A stretch of DNA of 64,000 nucleotides from Acidimicrobiales bacterium (GTDB lineage: Bacteria > Actinomycetota > Acidimicrobiia > Acidimicrobiales > Bog-793): contig JBEKLQ010000002.1 in the NCBI GenBank assembly GCA_050010115.1, positions 46,741-110,740 on the forward strand, read 5' to 3'. Numbering within the stretch: the stretch's first letter is position 1; each line of letters begins with the position of its first letter. Positions 1-7,644 of the stretch are shown here, in pieces. The position numbers and the translations under genes were made by a program. The notes below the pieces were generated by a model. It saw nothing but the letters and a program-made list of their open reading frames with translations, made no database searches and was not told where the DNA came from.

Positions 1-158
1 GGTTGTTGCCATCGATCCTCCTCGTGAACCTGTGCCCGGAGGTTACCTCCGGCAGTTGGAGCCTGGTCCGCATCTGGTGACTCACCTGGCGCGGCCTCTG
101 ACGCCCGCCTGCGCACCGGCCCGCGATTACGCTCGTCCTGGCAGACGCTATGGCTCCT

Positions 159-240
159 GCGGGCGTGGCGAAATTGGCAGACGCGCCAGGTTTAGGTCCT
201 GGTCCCTCCGGGGGTGGAGGTTCGAATCCTCTCGCCCGCA
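159..240 (+). tRNA. tRNA-Leu, anticodon TAG (reads CUA), class II with long variable arm
   Basis: Cloverleaf read by eye. Acceptor GCGGGCG (159-165) pairs with CGCCCGC (233-239), discriminator A240. Anticodon stem CCAGG/CCTGG with loop TTTAGGT (anticodon TAG, G37). T arm GGAGG-TTCGAAT-CCTCT. No encoded CCA. Confidence 0.9.
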
Positions 241-356
241 CAAGCAAGTCCCCTCTCACCCACGATTCGACGTGGGGGAGTCCGTCGTCGCATACGCTGA
301 GGACGTACGGCGTGAAGCAGCTTCCGTCAGACGGACGACCGACGACCGGGGGAGTC

Positions 357-1199
357 TTGAGCGCGAGCAAACTCTTCGCGATCAGTGATCTGCACGTTGG
401 CTACTCCGAGAATCGGGCTGTCGTCGAAGGTCTGCGGCCAGAGTCCGACGACGATTGGCTGATCGTGGCTGGGGACGTAGGAGCGGTGTTCGACGACGTC
501 CGGTGGGCCCTGACCTTGCTGAGCCGTCGCTTTTCCAAAGTGGTGTGGACACCGGGGAATCATGAGCTCTGGACGCTGCCGGCGGACCCCGTTCAGCTTC
601 GCGGTGAACAGCGGTACCGCGGTCTCGTGGAGATGTGCCGCGAATTGCGGGTCCTGACCCCGGAGGACGACTACGCCGTATGGGAAGGGTGCGGCGGGCC
701 GGTCACGATCGCTCCGCTGTTCGTGCTGTACGACTATTCCTTCAGGGTTGCCGGAACCTCGAAGCAGGAGTCGCTGCAGCGAGCTTTCGACGTCGGAGTG
801 GTTTGCGCAGATGAGAAGTCGCTCTTTCCGGACCCGTATCCGAGCCGCGAGGCGTGGTGCTGGGCGAGGGTCGAGTTGAGTGAGAAGCGCCTCGCCGCCT
901 GCGACCCAGACCTCGGAACCGTGCTTGTGAATCATTTCCCTTTGGTTCGCGAGCGGACCGCCATCTTGCGCCATCCGGAGTTTGCCCAGTGGTGCGGTAC
1001 GGAGAGGACGGCCGACTGGCACATTCGGTTCCGCGCTGCCGTCGTCGTCTTCGGTCATTTGCACATCCCGGGTACCACCTGGAACCACGGCGTCCGCTTT
1101 GAAGAGGTTTCACTCGGATACCCCCGCAGTTGGGGACCTCGAACCGCGTGCCGTCGCGTACTCCAACCCGTGTTCGCCGATCCGGATCCGGCGAGGTGA
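357..1199 (+). CDS. Calcineurin-like metallophosphoesterase
   Basis: Motifs ISDLHVG (DxH), VAGDVG (GD), PGNHELW (GNHE) and FGHLHIPG (GHxH). The ORF-track start at 150 overlaps the tRNA, so I moved the start to the in-frame TTG at 357. The start is uncertain. Confidence 0.75.
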   Translation: MSASKLFAISDLHVGYSENRAVVEGLRPESDDDWLIVAGDVGAVFDDVRWALTLLSRRFSKVVWTPGNHELWTLPADPVQLRGEQRYRGLVEMCRELRVLTPEDDYAVWEGCGGPVTIAPLFVLYDYSFRVAGTSKQESLQRAFDVGVVCADEKSLFPDPYPSREAWCWARVELSEKRLAACDPDLGTVLVNHFPLVRERTAILRHPEFAQWCGTERTADWHIRFRAAVVVFGHLHIPGTTWNHGVRFEEVSLGYPRSWGPRTACRRVLQPVFADPDPAR

Positions 1200-1277
1200 T
1201 CAGTAGAAGCCGATCAGGTCACGTTGCCGTCCGATCGTCCCCGCAGTGAGCGATCGGAGCTGTGCCGGCCGAGGCGG

Positions 1278-1931
1278 TCAGCCGCCGACGAGCTCCCGGA
1301 TGTAGCCGGTGTCGGCCGCCACGAACGATGCCAAGATCCGTGTCGCCCACCTGATGAACGGATCGCGGTCTGGAGCGTCGGACTCCGCAGCCAGGGCCGA
1401 AGTCCAGGCGAGATGATGGTCGAGGAACTCGAACTGTGCGCGCCGGTAGGAACGGCGCAGCCGATCGGATGACACCGCGGCCTCTCTGAACGTGAGGTAC
1501 TGCATGTAGTCGCATTCGCTCACGAGGTGATCGGGCAGCAGGCCGGCGTCCGACGCCGTGAGCCCGAAGTACTCGTAGGCCCTGCGGATGTCGTCGACCG
1601 CACGCTCGCGGTCGCCGCCGTAGGCGCCTCCGAGCACCCTCCCGCCAAGTCCCGCGAAGGCCTCTTCGTACGACTGCTGGTCGATGTCTGCGGGAAGCTC
1701 AGCATGCGGGACGTCGAACGTGTACGGGAGCCCCCCCGCCGCGATTGCCAGCTCTTTTGCCCACCTGCCGTCACGCGCCCGCTCGAAGTGGTCGACGTCG
1801 GGTGCCGTGAAGATCCGGCCGAGCGACTGATAGACGGCGCTTCGCGCCGTCGTCTCGTTCTCCTCGACCTCTACGGGCCCGCCGGCGTCGTCAGCCGCAA
1901 GCGCGAGACCGCTCAACGAGTAAACAAACAC
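1278..1931 (-). CDS. TorD/NarJ-family redox-enzyme maturation chaperone (delta subunit of the Mo-enzyme operon)
   Basis: About 217 aa and acidic, with TorD/DmsD/NarJ-like features (…YQSLGRIF…, …ECDYMQYLTFREA…). It is the last gene of the alpha-gamma-beta-delta operon. GTG start at 1931 with GGAGG 4 nt upstream. Confidence 0.7.
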   Translation of the reverse strand: MFVYSLSGLALAADDAGGPVEVEENETTARSAVYQSLGRIFTAPDVDHFERARDGRWAKELAIAAGGLPYTFDVPHAELPADIDQQSYEEAFAGLGGRVLGGAYGGDRERAVDDIRRAYEYFGLTASDAGLLPDHLVSECDYMQYLTFREAAVSSDRLRRSYRRAQFEFLDHHLAWTSALAAESDAPDRDPFIRWATRILASFVAADTGYIRELVGG

Positions 1932-1942
1932 GAGGCCTCCAG

Positions 1943-3025
1943 TCAGGTGGGTTTCGTCGTGAGAGCGACCGGCACGGCATTGCCGTCGAGCTCACCCGGA
2001 TCAACGGTGAACGGGCCGAACAGGCTCTGCCACTTGTAGGCGATGAGGGTGTCGAGGATCTCCGACGTCCCTCCTTGGCGGACGGTGTCCAGCTCCTGCT
2101 TCAACGTCGCGAGCGCCGCATGCACGTTCGGCCCGAAGAGCGACTCGAGGTAGGCGGGCGGGATGCGCGGCGTCTCGTAGTCGATCGTCATGTCCTCGTG
2201 CAGGCGGTACGGGGACAGCGGCGGGACGTAGAAGATGTTCGGCCCTGTCCCGTACTCGGCGTGCAGAGGCAGCGCGACCCGCCATTCGTGCACGAGCCGG
2301 TGGATGGGACCCTCCTGATCCTCGAGCATACCGACGAACGCGAGACGCCCAGGGCACTGCCGGGCACAGGCGGGTGCCACGCCTCGCTCGAGGCGCGGGA
2401 AGCAGAAGATGCAGTGCTGGGCAACGTTGCGGGCGTAGTTGAAGTAGATCTTCTTGTAAGGGCAGGCCTCCATGCAGAAGCGGAACCCCATGCACATGTC
2501 CTCGTCCCGTAAGACGATGCCGTCCTCCCGGCGCTTGTACATCGAGCCGTTGGGGCACGCTTCGGCGCAGACCGGCCTCGTGCAGTGGTTGCACAGACGT
2601 GGCAGGTAGAAGTAGAAGGAGTTCGGCCACTCTCCACCGCCTTGGTCCTCGTCCCAGTTCATACCCCAACTGGTCGCACCGTTCTCCTCTGGGCGGAGGT
2701 GGACGGAACTGCCCTTTCCCCCGTAGAAGACCTCCTGGTAGTTGAAGTCCCAGCCGCCGCCGAAGTCTGCCCGTGTCGGCTGGTGGCCGGGCAGCGGCTT
2801 GCCACCGCGCTCAACGCCGCCCCCCATCGTCTCCCAGTCCTTCGGCGTCCCGGAGCCGGGTTGGGTGTTCACCGTCATCCACCATTGGTGCTTCTCACCC
2901 TCCTCCCGTGTCCACAGGACCTTGCAGGCGACAGAGCACGTCTGACACCCCATGCACTTGTTGAGGTCGAAGACCATGGCTACCTGGCCGCGGGATCCTT
3001 CCTCGGGTCGAAGCACACTCGTCAT
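1943..3025 (-). CDS. 4Fe-4S ferredoxin-type beta subunit of a type II DMSO-reductase-family enzyme (NarH/EbdB-like)
   Basis: Four Cys clusters: CMGCQTCSVACK, CNHCTRPVCAEACP, CMGFRFCMEACP and CIFCFPR…CARQCP. About 360 aa. SD GAGGAGGG lies upstream of the ATG at 3025. Confidence 0.9.
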   Translation of the reverse strand: MTSVLRPEEGSRGQVAMVFDLNKCMGCQTCSVACKVLWTREEGEKHQWWMTVNTQPGSGTPKDWETMGGGVERGGKPLPGHQPTRADFGGGWDFNYQEVFYGGKGSSVHLRPEENGATSWGMNWDEDQGGGEWPNSFYFYLPRLCNHCTRPVCAEACPNGSMYKRREDGIVLRDEDMCMGFRFCMEACPYKKIYFNYARNVAQHCIFCFPRLERGVAPACARQCPGRLAFVGMLEDQEGPIHRLVHEWRVALPLHAEYGTGPNIFYVPPLSPYRLHEDMTIDYETPRIPPAYLESLFGPNVHAALATLKQELDTVRQGGTSEILDTLIAYKWQSLFGPFTVDPGELDGNAVPVALTTKPT

Positions 3026-3041
3026 CGGTACCCTCCTCGGA

Positions 3042-3650
3042 TCAATCGGGAAGCTCGACGGGGACCCACGCTGCTGTCACGGCTGCGAGCCCAGCGCGCT
3101 CTTCGTTCGTGCCGTTCCACACGACGACACCGAGTTTGCGAGCTGGCTCGAGCAGTGACAAAGGGCCATTGAACACGACTGACCACCGACCGCCGGAGAG
3201 CGCCGAGACGACACCCACGCTCGTCGCGCCGGTCACAGCGACGGGGCGGAACACCCCCGGTCCAGACGCCTCCACCACTTGCGCGGCCGAATTGGTGGAT
3301 CGCCAGTACCACAGGGTCACGGGATGCCCGTCGGCGCCGATGGTGTGCGCCGGTGCATCGGTGTCGGCCGGGAAGAACACCGCCGCAGCATCCCCGAACT
3401 CGCCCTCCTCGGCTGCGGGATCCTCCCACTCGAGCCGGACGTGGAACCTCCCGTCGTCGCATGTCGCAGCCACGCGCACCTCCTGGACTGTGCCGTAGGC
3501 CCGGTCCGCCCACGTCGTCCTGATGTAGGCGTTCGGTTGCGCCTCGAGCGGCACCGGTGTCAACGAGAGCTGCGCAGGCTGTGCCGCGGCCCACTCCGTC
3601 GCCGGCAAGTCCTTGGCGTCGCTCGCCGTCCTCACCGCGTGGATCGTCAT
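3042..3650 (-). CDS. EB_dh-domain gamma subunit (ethylbenzene dehydrogenase gamma-like), no signal peptide
   Basis: Matches the EB_dh pattern (…VRVAATCDDGRFHVRLEWED…DAAAVFFP…PVTLWYWRS…GGRWSVVF…VVVWNGTNEER…W). The internal ATG at 3650 overlaps the alpha stop (ATGA, 3647-3650). The upstream part of the 288-aa track ORF is Arg-rich and lies inside alpha. Confidence 0.8.
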   Translation of the reverse strand: MTIHAVRTASDAKDLPATEWAAAQPAQLSLTPVPLEAQPNAYIRTTWADRAYGTVQEVRVAATCDDGRFHVRLEWEDPAAEEGEFGDAAAVFFPADTDAPAHTIGADGHPVTLWYWRSTNSAAQVVEASGPGVFRPVAVTGATSVGVVSALSGGRWSVVFNGPLSLLEPARKLGVVVWNGTNEERAGLAAVTAAWVPVELPD

Positions 3651-6466
3651 CGCGTCGCCTCCACCTTCTCGAAGTTGCAGGGCACCGCCCGGTCCGACGG
3701 GATCGGCTGCCACTCGGCGGGTGTGTATTGGATGTGCCCGTAGCCGCCAGCGAACCCGATCCACTTGACCATTCCGGCCTCGAGCTCGTTGGCGCCCTTC
3801 CAATCGCGGTACTGGTGGCCGTCCCAGCCGTTGTAGGAGATGACCTGTCCGGGTTTCACCCCCGGCGAGACCTTCGCCCGGACGCACATGGACGCGATGT
3901 CGTTCCACACTCGCACGAGGTCGTCGTCGGCTACGCCCCGCTCGGCCGCGTCCTCGACGGACACCTCGACGAGCGGCTCACCGCGATGCGTCTGGAGCAT
4001 CACCGGGTTGAGCTGGTTCATGGAGTGGATGCTCCATCGGTTGTGTCCGGAGGTCATCCGGAGCGGGTGATCTCCCCCCGCCTTCGGGTTCGGCTTGTGC
4101 ACGGGGAGTGCCTCGCTCGCCTCGAGCCACCAGGGATGGTCGATGTAGAACTGCGCCCGGCGGGCGTAGGTCGGGAACGGCTGCCCGAACTCGAGGTGGC
4201 TGCGGAACGGGACGTGGGTCCGGCTCGTCTCGAAGGGCGACGCCTGCGCCAGCGCCATGGGGCTCATACCCCAACCCGTGAAACGGACCTGGCCGTCCTC
4301 GCGCAGCGTCTTGATGGTGGTGCCGTCCGGAAGCGTCTCGGCGTAGGCGCAGTCCCGGACGATCTCGTCGGCGAGCTTCTCCTCGTCGGCGAGATAGCCG
4401 TTCATCGTGTAGCGGTCCCACAGCGTCGCCGGGATGAAGCGGTTGTGTCGGGCGTTGCGGTACTCCTCGATTCCGCGGGCTGCAGCGCGCTCCGTCATGG
4501 CCCGGAGGATGACCTGGAAGATCTGCCACTCGGACTTAGCCTCTCCGGCCGGGTCGGCCGCACGATCGGAGAACGTGAGGTGCATCACGTGCGGTGTGGG
4601 AATGTGGAACCCGACCTTCTCGTAGTGCTGGGCGGCCGGCAGCACGATGTCGGAGTGGAGCCCGGTGAAGTTGAGCCGGAAGTCGATCGAGACGATCAGG
4701 TCGAACTTCGGCCACAGCTCATCGATGAGCGCTGTCTTGCCGCCGCGGGTGCGCCGCAACATGTTGCCGCCGCACTCGATCAGCACCTTCGGCGGCGTGT
4801 CCGGCCTGGGACTGTCGACACCCGCCCACCAGCCCTTCTCGAGGGCTTCGCTCACGTACTCGTCGAACGTCCGAGGCAGCGAGTCGTCGCCCCAGCCGGG
4901 CGTGTTCCAACGGTCCCGGTACCCCGCCTGCCAGTACCACCACAAGGCCATCGGCGATGCGGTCGCCGAGCCCTCGGCTTCGTCGTTGCTCAGCTGCGAG
5001 GCCTCGATCATCAGGCGGTTCAACTCGCGAACCGCGAGCTCGTCCGACATAGTCGGGTCCTCGGCTTTGAGCGACTGGATCATCGAGTCGCGCATCTCCA
5101 GGATGGCCTCGGTGCCCTCGATGCCCGGCACCGGCTTGGCGGTCGCAAGTCCCTGGCCGTCGAACATGCCGGCGCTCCATGAACGGATGCCGGTGCCGGC
5201 CTTGCCCCAGTTGCCGGTGACGGCGAGCAGCAGGCACATCGCCCGCTCGATCAGGTCGCCGTGGTAGTACTTGCACGAATTCCAGCCGAGCATGATGTTC
5301 GTCCGCCGCGCGGCGGCCTTCCGGGCGAGCATCCGCACGACGTCCGGGTGGACACCGGTGACGGGCTGCTGGTGATCGGGCGTGTAGTTGGCGTCGAGGT
5401 GCCGACGGAGCGCCTGCATGACAGGCTCCACTTCGACCGTTGAACCATCGGCGAGGGTGACCGCGTACGTGCCCTCGAGCGCCACAGGGCACCCATCGAG
5501 CAGGAGATGGCCCCGGTCGGCCTTGACGAGCCCGCGCTCCGGGTCCCAGTGGTACAGCTGGTCCTCACGCCCGGACGCGCCCTCCACGTCGGTCTCCCGG
5601 AGATACCGGCGGGTATCGGTTCGCATCAGCATCGGCAGGTCCGTCTGCTCGCGGATGAACGTCCGGTCCTCCAGGCCCTCGTCGAGGATCACCTGGACCA
5701 TCGCGAGCCCGAGCGCCGCGTCCGCAGCGGGCTCCACCGGGACGTGGTAGTCGGCGTGTATGTGCGAGGCGTTGAGGTCCGGGGAGATTGAGACGATTTC
5801 CGCCCCGTGGTAACGCGCCTCGAGCATGAAGTGGTACAGCGGGATGCGCGTGAACGCAGGGTTCATGTGCCAGACGAGGATCAGCTCCGAGTGGAACCAG
5901 TCATCGGCCGACGACACAGGACAGAACTTGCCGAACGTCTCGTGCAGCCCGATGGAGAAGTCGTTGAACGACCCGTGTAGATCGAGGATCCGGCCGCCGA
6001 TCGTGTTGAAGAAGCGATAGGTCGGTACGACAGTCGCGATCTCGGGCGTGCCTTCGTGGACGATCGTCTCAGGACCACCGGTCTCGATCGCGTCGAGCAT
6101 CGCGTCAGCGATCGTCGTCGCCGCCTCGTCCCAGCTGATGCGCTCCCATTTGCCGCTCCCCCGCTCGCCGACACGGCGGATCGGGTGCAGCAGGCGGTCC
6201 CCGTCATAGAGCTGCTGACTCCACGACGCCCCCTTGTTGCAGCCCATCGGGTTGAAGTCCGGCACACCGTCCTCAACGACGGCGTGGCGAGCGGCGGCCT
6301 CCTCCCGGACGACCCTGCCGTCTCTGACGAAGACCCGGTACAGACAGTTGCCCGGGTAGCAGTCGACGCAATGGGTCCCCCAAGCGACGCGGTCCCAGGT
6401 CCACCTTGCGCGGTAAGAATCCTCGCCTGAGCGGAACTTCTCCAGCGATCGAGCGGCGATCGGCAT
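3647..6466 (-). CDS. Molybdopterin (Mo-bisPGD) oxidoreductase catalytic alpha subunit, NarG/EbdA-type, no Tat signal
   Basis: N-terminal FS0-type motif WGTHCVDCYPGNC…NPMGC. The C-terminal molybdopterin-binding region includes RRAQFYIDHPWWLE. Start chosen at 6466, preceded by GGGGGAGGG. In-frame ATG alternatives are at 6490 and 6529. Confidence 0.9.
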   Translation of the reverse strand: MPIAARSLEKFRSGEDSYRARWTWDRVAWGTHCVDCYPGNCLYRVFVRDGRVVREEAAARHAVVEDGVPDFNPMGCNKGASWSQQLYDGDRLLHPIRRVGERGSGKWERISWDEAATTIADAMLDAIETGGPETIVHEGTPEIATVVPTYRFFNTIGGRILDLHGSFNDFSIGLHETFGKFCPVSSADDWFHSELILVWHMNPAFTRIPLYHFMLEARYHGAEIVSISPDLNASHIHADYHVPVEPAADAALGLAMVQVILDEGLEDRTFIREQTDLPMLMRTDTRRYLRETDVEGASGREDQLYHWDPERGLVKADRGHLLLDGCPVALEGTYAVTLADGSTVEVEPVMQALRRHLDANYTPDHQQPVTGVHPDVVRMLARKAAARRTNIMLGWNSCKYYHGDLIERAMCLLLAVTGNWGKAGTGIRSWSAGMFDGQGLATAKPVPGIEGTEAILEMRDSMIQSLKAEDPTMSDELAVRELNRLMIEASQLSNDEAEGSATASPMALWWYWQAGYRDRWNTPGWGDDSLPRTFDEYVSEALEKGWWAGVDSPRPDTPPKVLIECGGNMLRRTRGGKTALIDELWPKFDLIVSIDFRLNFTGLHSDIVLPAAQHYEKVGFHIPTPHVMHLTFSDRAADPAGEAKSEWQIFQVILRAMTERAAARGIEEYRNARHNRFIPATLWDRYTMNGYLADEEKLADEIVRDCAYAETLPDGTTIKTLREDGQVRFTGWGMSPMALAQASPFETSRTHVPFRSHLEFGQPFPTYARRAQFYIDHPWWLEASEALPVHKPNPKAGGDHPLRMTSGHNRWSIHSMNQLNPVMLQTHRGEPLVEVSVEDAAERGVADDDLVRVWNDIASMCVRAKVSPGVKPGQVISYNGWDGHQYRDWKGANELEAGMVKWIGFAGGYGHIQYTPAEWQPIPSDRAVPCNFEKVEATR

Positions 6467-6494
6467 CGACCCTCCCCCCAACTCCGACATATTT

Positions 6495-6511
6495 CTCGTT
6501 ACCCTAGCGAG
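6495..6511. promoter_or_regulatory. 17-bp imperfect palindrome CTCGTTACCCTAGCGAG (candidate Rrf2 operator, site A)
   Basis: Arms CTCG.TA / TA.CGAG. It matches 14 of 17 positions of the palindrome at 22230-22246. It overlaps the predicted -10 of the alpha-subunit promoter. Confidence 0.5.
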
Positions 6512-6954
6512 TAATTCCCTGTTTGACAAGAGCCTCGTGCTTCTCCCCCCGCGAGCGCGTCAGCCAGTGACATCTGGGCAAGAGCGTCTACAGCCGCATC
6601 CCGCCCGGCCAGCCACACGGCGTGGACCGCGCAGAACGGGCCGTCGCCGTCATGGCGCCGCCGGGAGTCGAGGATGCAGTTCGGCGTCGTGAGCGGGCCT
6701 CCGAGCGCTCCGACGATCTCGAGGATCGAGATCTGCTCGGGTGAGCGAGCGAGCTTGCACCCGCCTGACCGACCACGCGTGCTGGCTATGAGCCCGGCCC
6801 GGGCTAGCGCGCTCACGACCCCGGGGATGTTGCCGGCCGACACGCCCGAGCGAGCCGCCAGCTCGGCCGCGGTGAGGAGCTTGTCAGGCTGATCGGCGAG
6901 TGTGAGGAGGACGCGGATCCCGTACTGCGTTCGCCGGGCCAAGGTGAGTCTCAT
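6499..6954 (-). CDS. Rrf2-family transcriptional regulator (paralog 1, only two of the three cluster-type Cys)
   Basis: N-terminal wHTH MRLTLARRTQYGIRVLL…AAELAARSGVSAGNIPGVVSALARAGLI…GRSGGCKLAR. The Cys region reads C-x14-C-x2-H. Confidence 0.9.
   Translation of the reverse strand: MRLTLARRTQYGIRVLLTLADQPDKLLTAAELAARSGVSAGNIPGVVSALARAGLIASTRGRSGGCKLARSPEQISILEIVGALGGPLTTPNCILDSRRRHDGDGPFCAVHAVWLAGRDAAVDALAQMSLADALAGGEARGSCQTGNYSLG
6501..6529 (-). promoter_or_regulatory. Sigma-A-like promoter for the Mo-enzyme operon: -35 TTGTCA (6524-6529), 17-nt spacer, -10 TAGGGT (6501-6506)
   Basis: Read on the minus strand: TTGTCA-aacagggaattactcgc-TAGGGT. It sits within or just after the 3' end of the Rrf2 gene (stop 6499-6501) and about 35 nt upstream of the SD-preceded ATG at 6466. 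Confidence 0.5.
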
Positions 6955-6999
6955 CGTCGAATCTCAGTAGGATTTGCTCGCCGTGATTACTATGTCTAA

Positions 7000-7644
7000 A
7001 TGAAGCTCGTGTCGAGCTCTGCTTCTGCTCCTCCAGGACACCTCGCCCTCTACCGACCGCAGCAGACCTTGCTCACGATCGACGAGCGCCGGGAGATCGT
7101 GGAAGTCTTCTTCCTCTCGCACCCTGGATCCGGGCGCCACGGCCTTGGGCTCGGCCGGGCGGTCGCGGACTTCGTCGAGTGGGAGGCGTCGAGTGGGCGG
7201 CTCGACGAGGCAAGCGGCTCGCCGTGGTGGCGCGCCGTGAACGAGTCGTTCGTGCTCGACCTTCGGGCAGCGCTCGCCGCCTCCGATCCCGCCGGGGTAC
7301 GCCCGGAGGCGTCGGCGGCATGGGCCGCCTACACGACAGCCACCCACGACCTGCAACAGGCCCACTGGACCGCGCACCAGGTGTCGTTGACGAGCGCGGT
7401 GGAAGCCGCCGCGCCCCTCCTCGAGCGCGAACCGGTGGAGGAGCGGGCGTTCGCCGGCATCGTGCTCGCCCTCGTCGCCCGAGCGGCTGCGGAGAACTCG
7501 CCGACGGACACGACCGACCTCGCCCGGTCCACTCGCCGCCTCTACCCGCCCTACTACCCGATCTCGCCGCCACAGCTCCAACAGCTCACGTCGAGGCTGG
7601 GCCGGGCAGGGGTCAACGCCGCCGGTCACGACGGCACCAGGTAG
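7000..7644 (+). CDS. Hypothetical protein
   Basis: ATG start, high GC3, non-degenerate composition (214 aa). I recognised no motif. It converges on and overlaps the next gene by 19 nt. Confidence 0.5.
   Translation: MKLVSSSASAPPGHLALYRPQQTLLTIDERREIVEVFFLSHPGSGRHGLGLGRAVADFVEWEASSGRLDEASGSPWWRAVNESFVLDLRAALAASDPAGVRPEASAAWAAYTTATHDLQQAHWTAHQVSLTSAVEAAAPLLEREPVEERAFAGIVLALVARAAAENSPTDTTDLARSTRRLYPPYYPISPPQLQQLTSRLGRAGVNAAGHDGTR

Noticed and set aside
150-356. The N-terminal 69 codons of track ORF 150-1199.
   Set aside because: They overlap the tRNA-Leu gene (159-240) on the same strand. The phosphoesterase homology only begins near residue 70, so the start was moved to 357.
1231-1257. A hairpin (ccgatcg…cgatcgg) between the convergent phosphoesterase and chaperone genes as a bidirectional terminator.
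   Set aside because: It has only a 7-bp stem, a 13-nt loop and no flanking T/A tracts. That is too weak to call.
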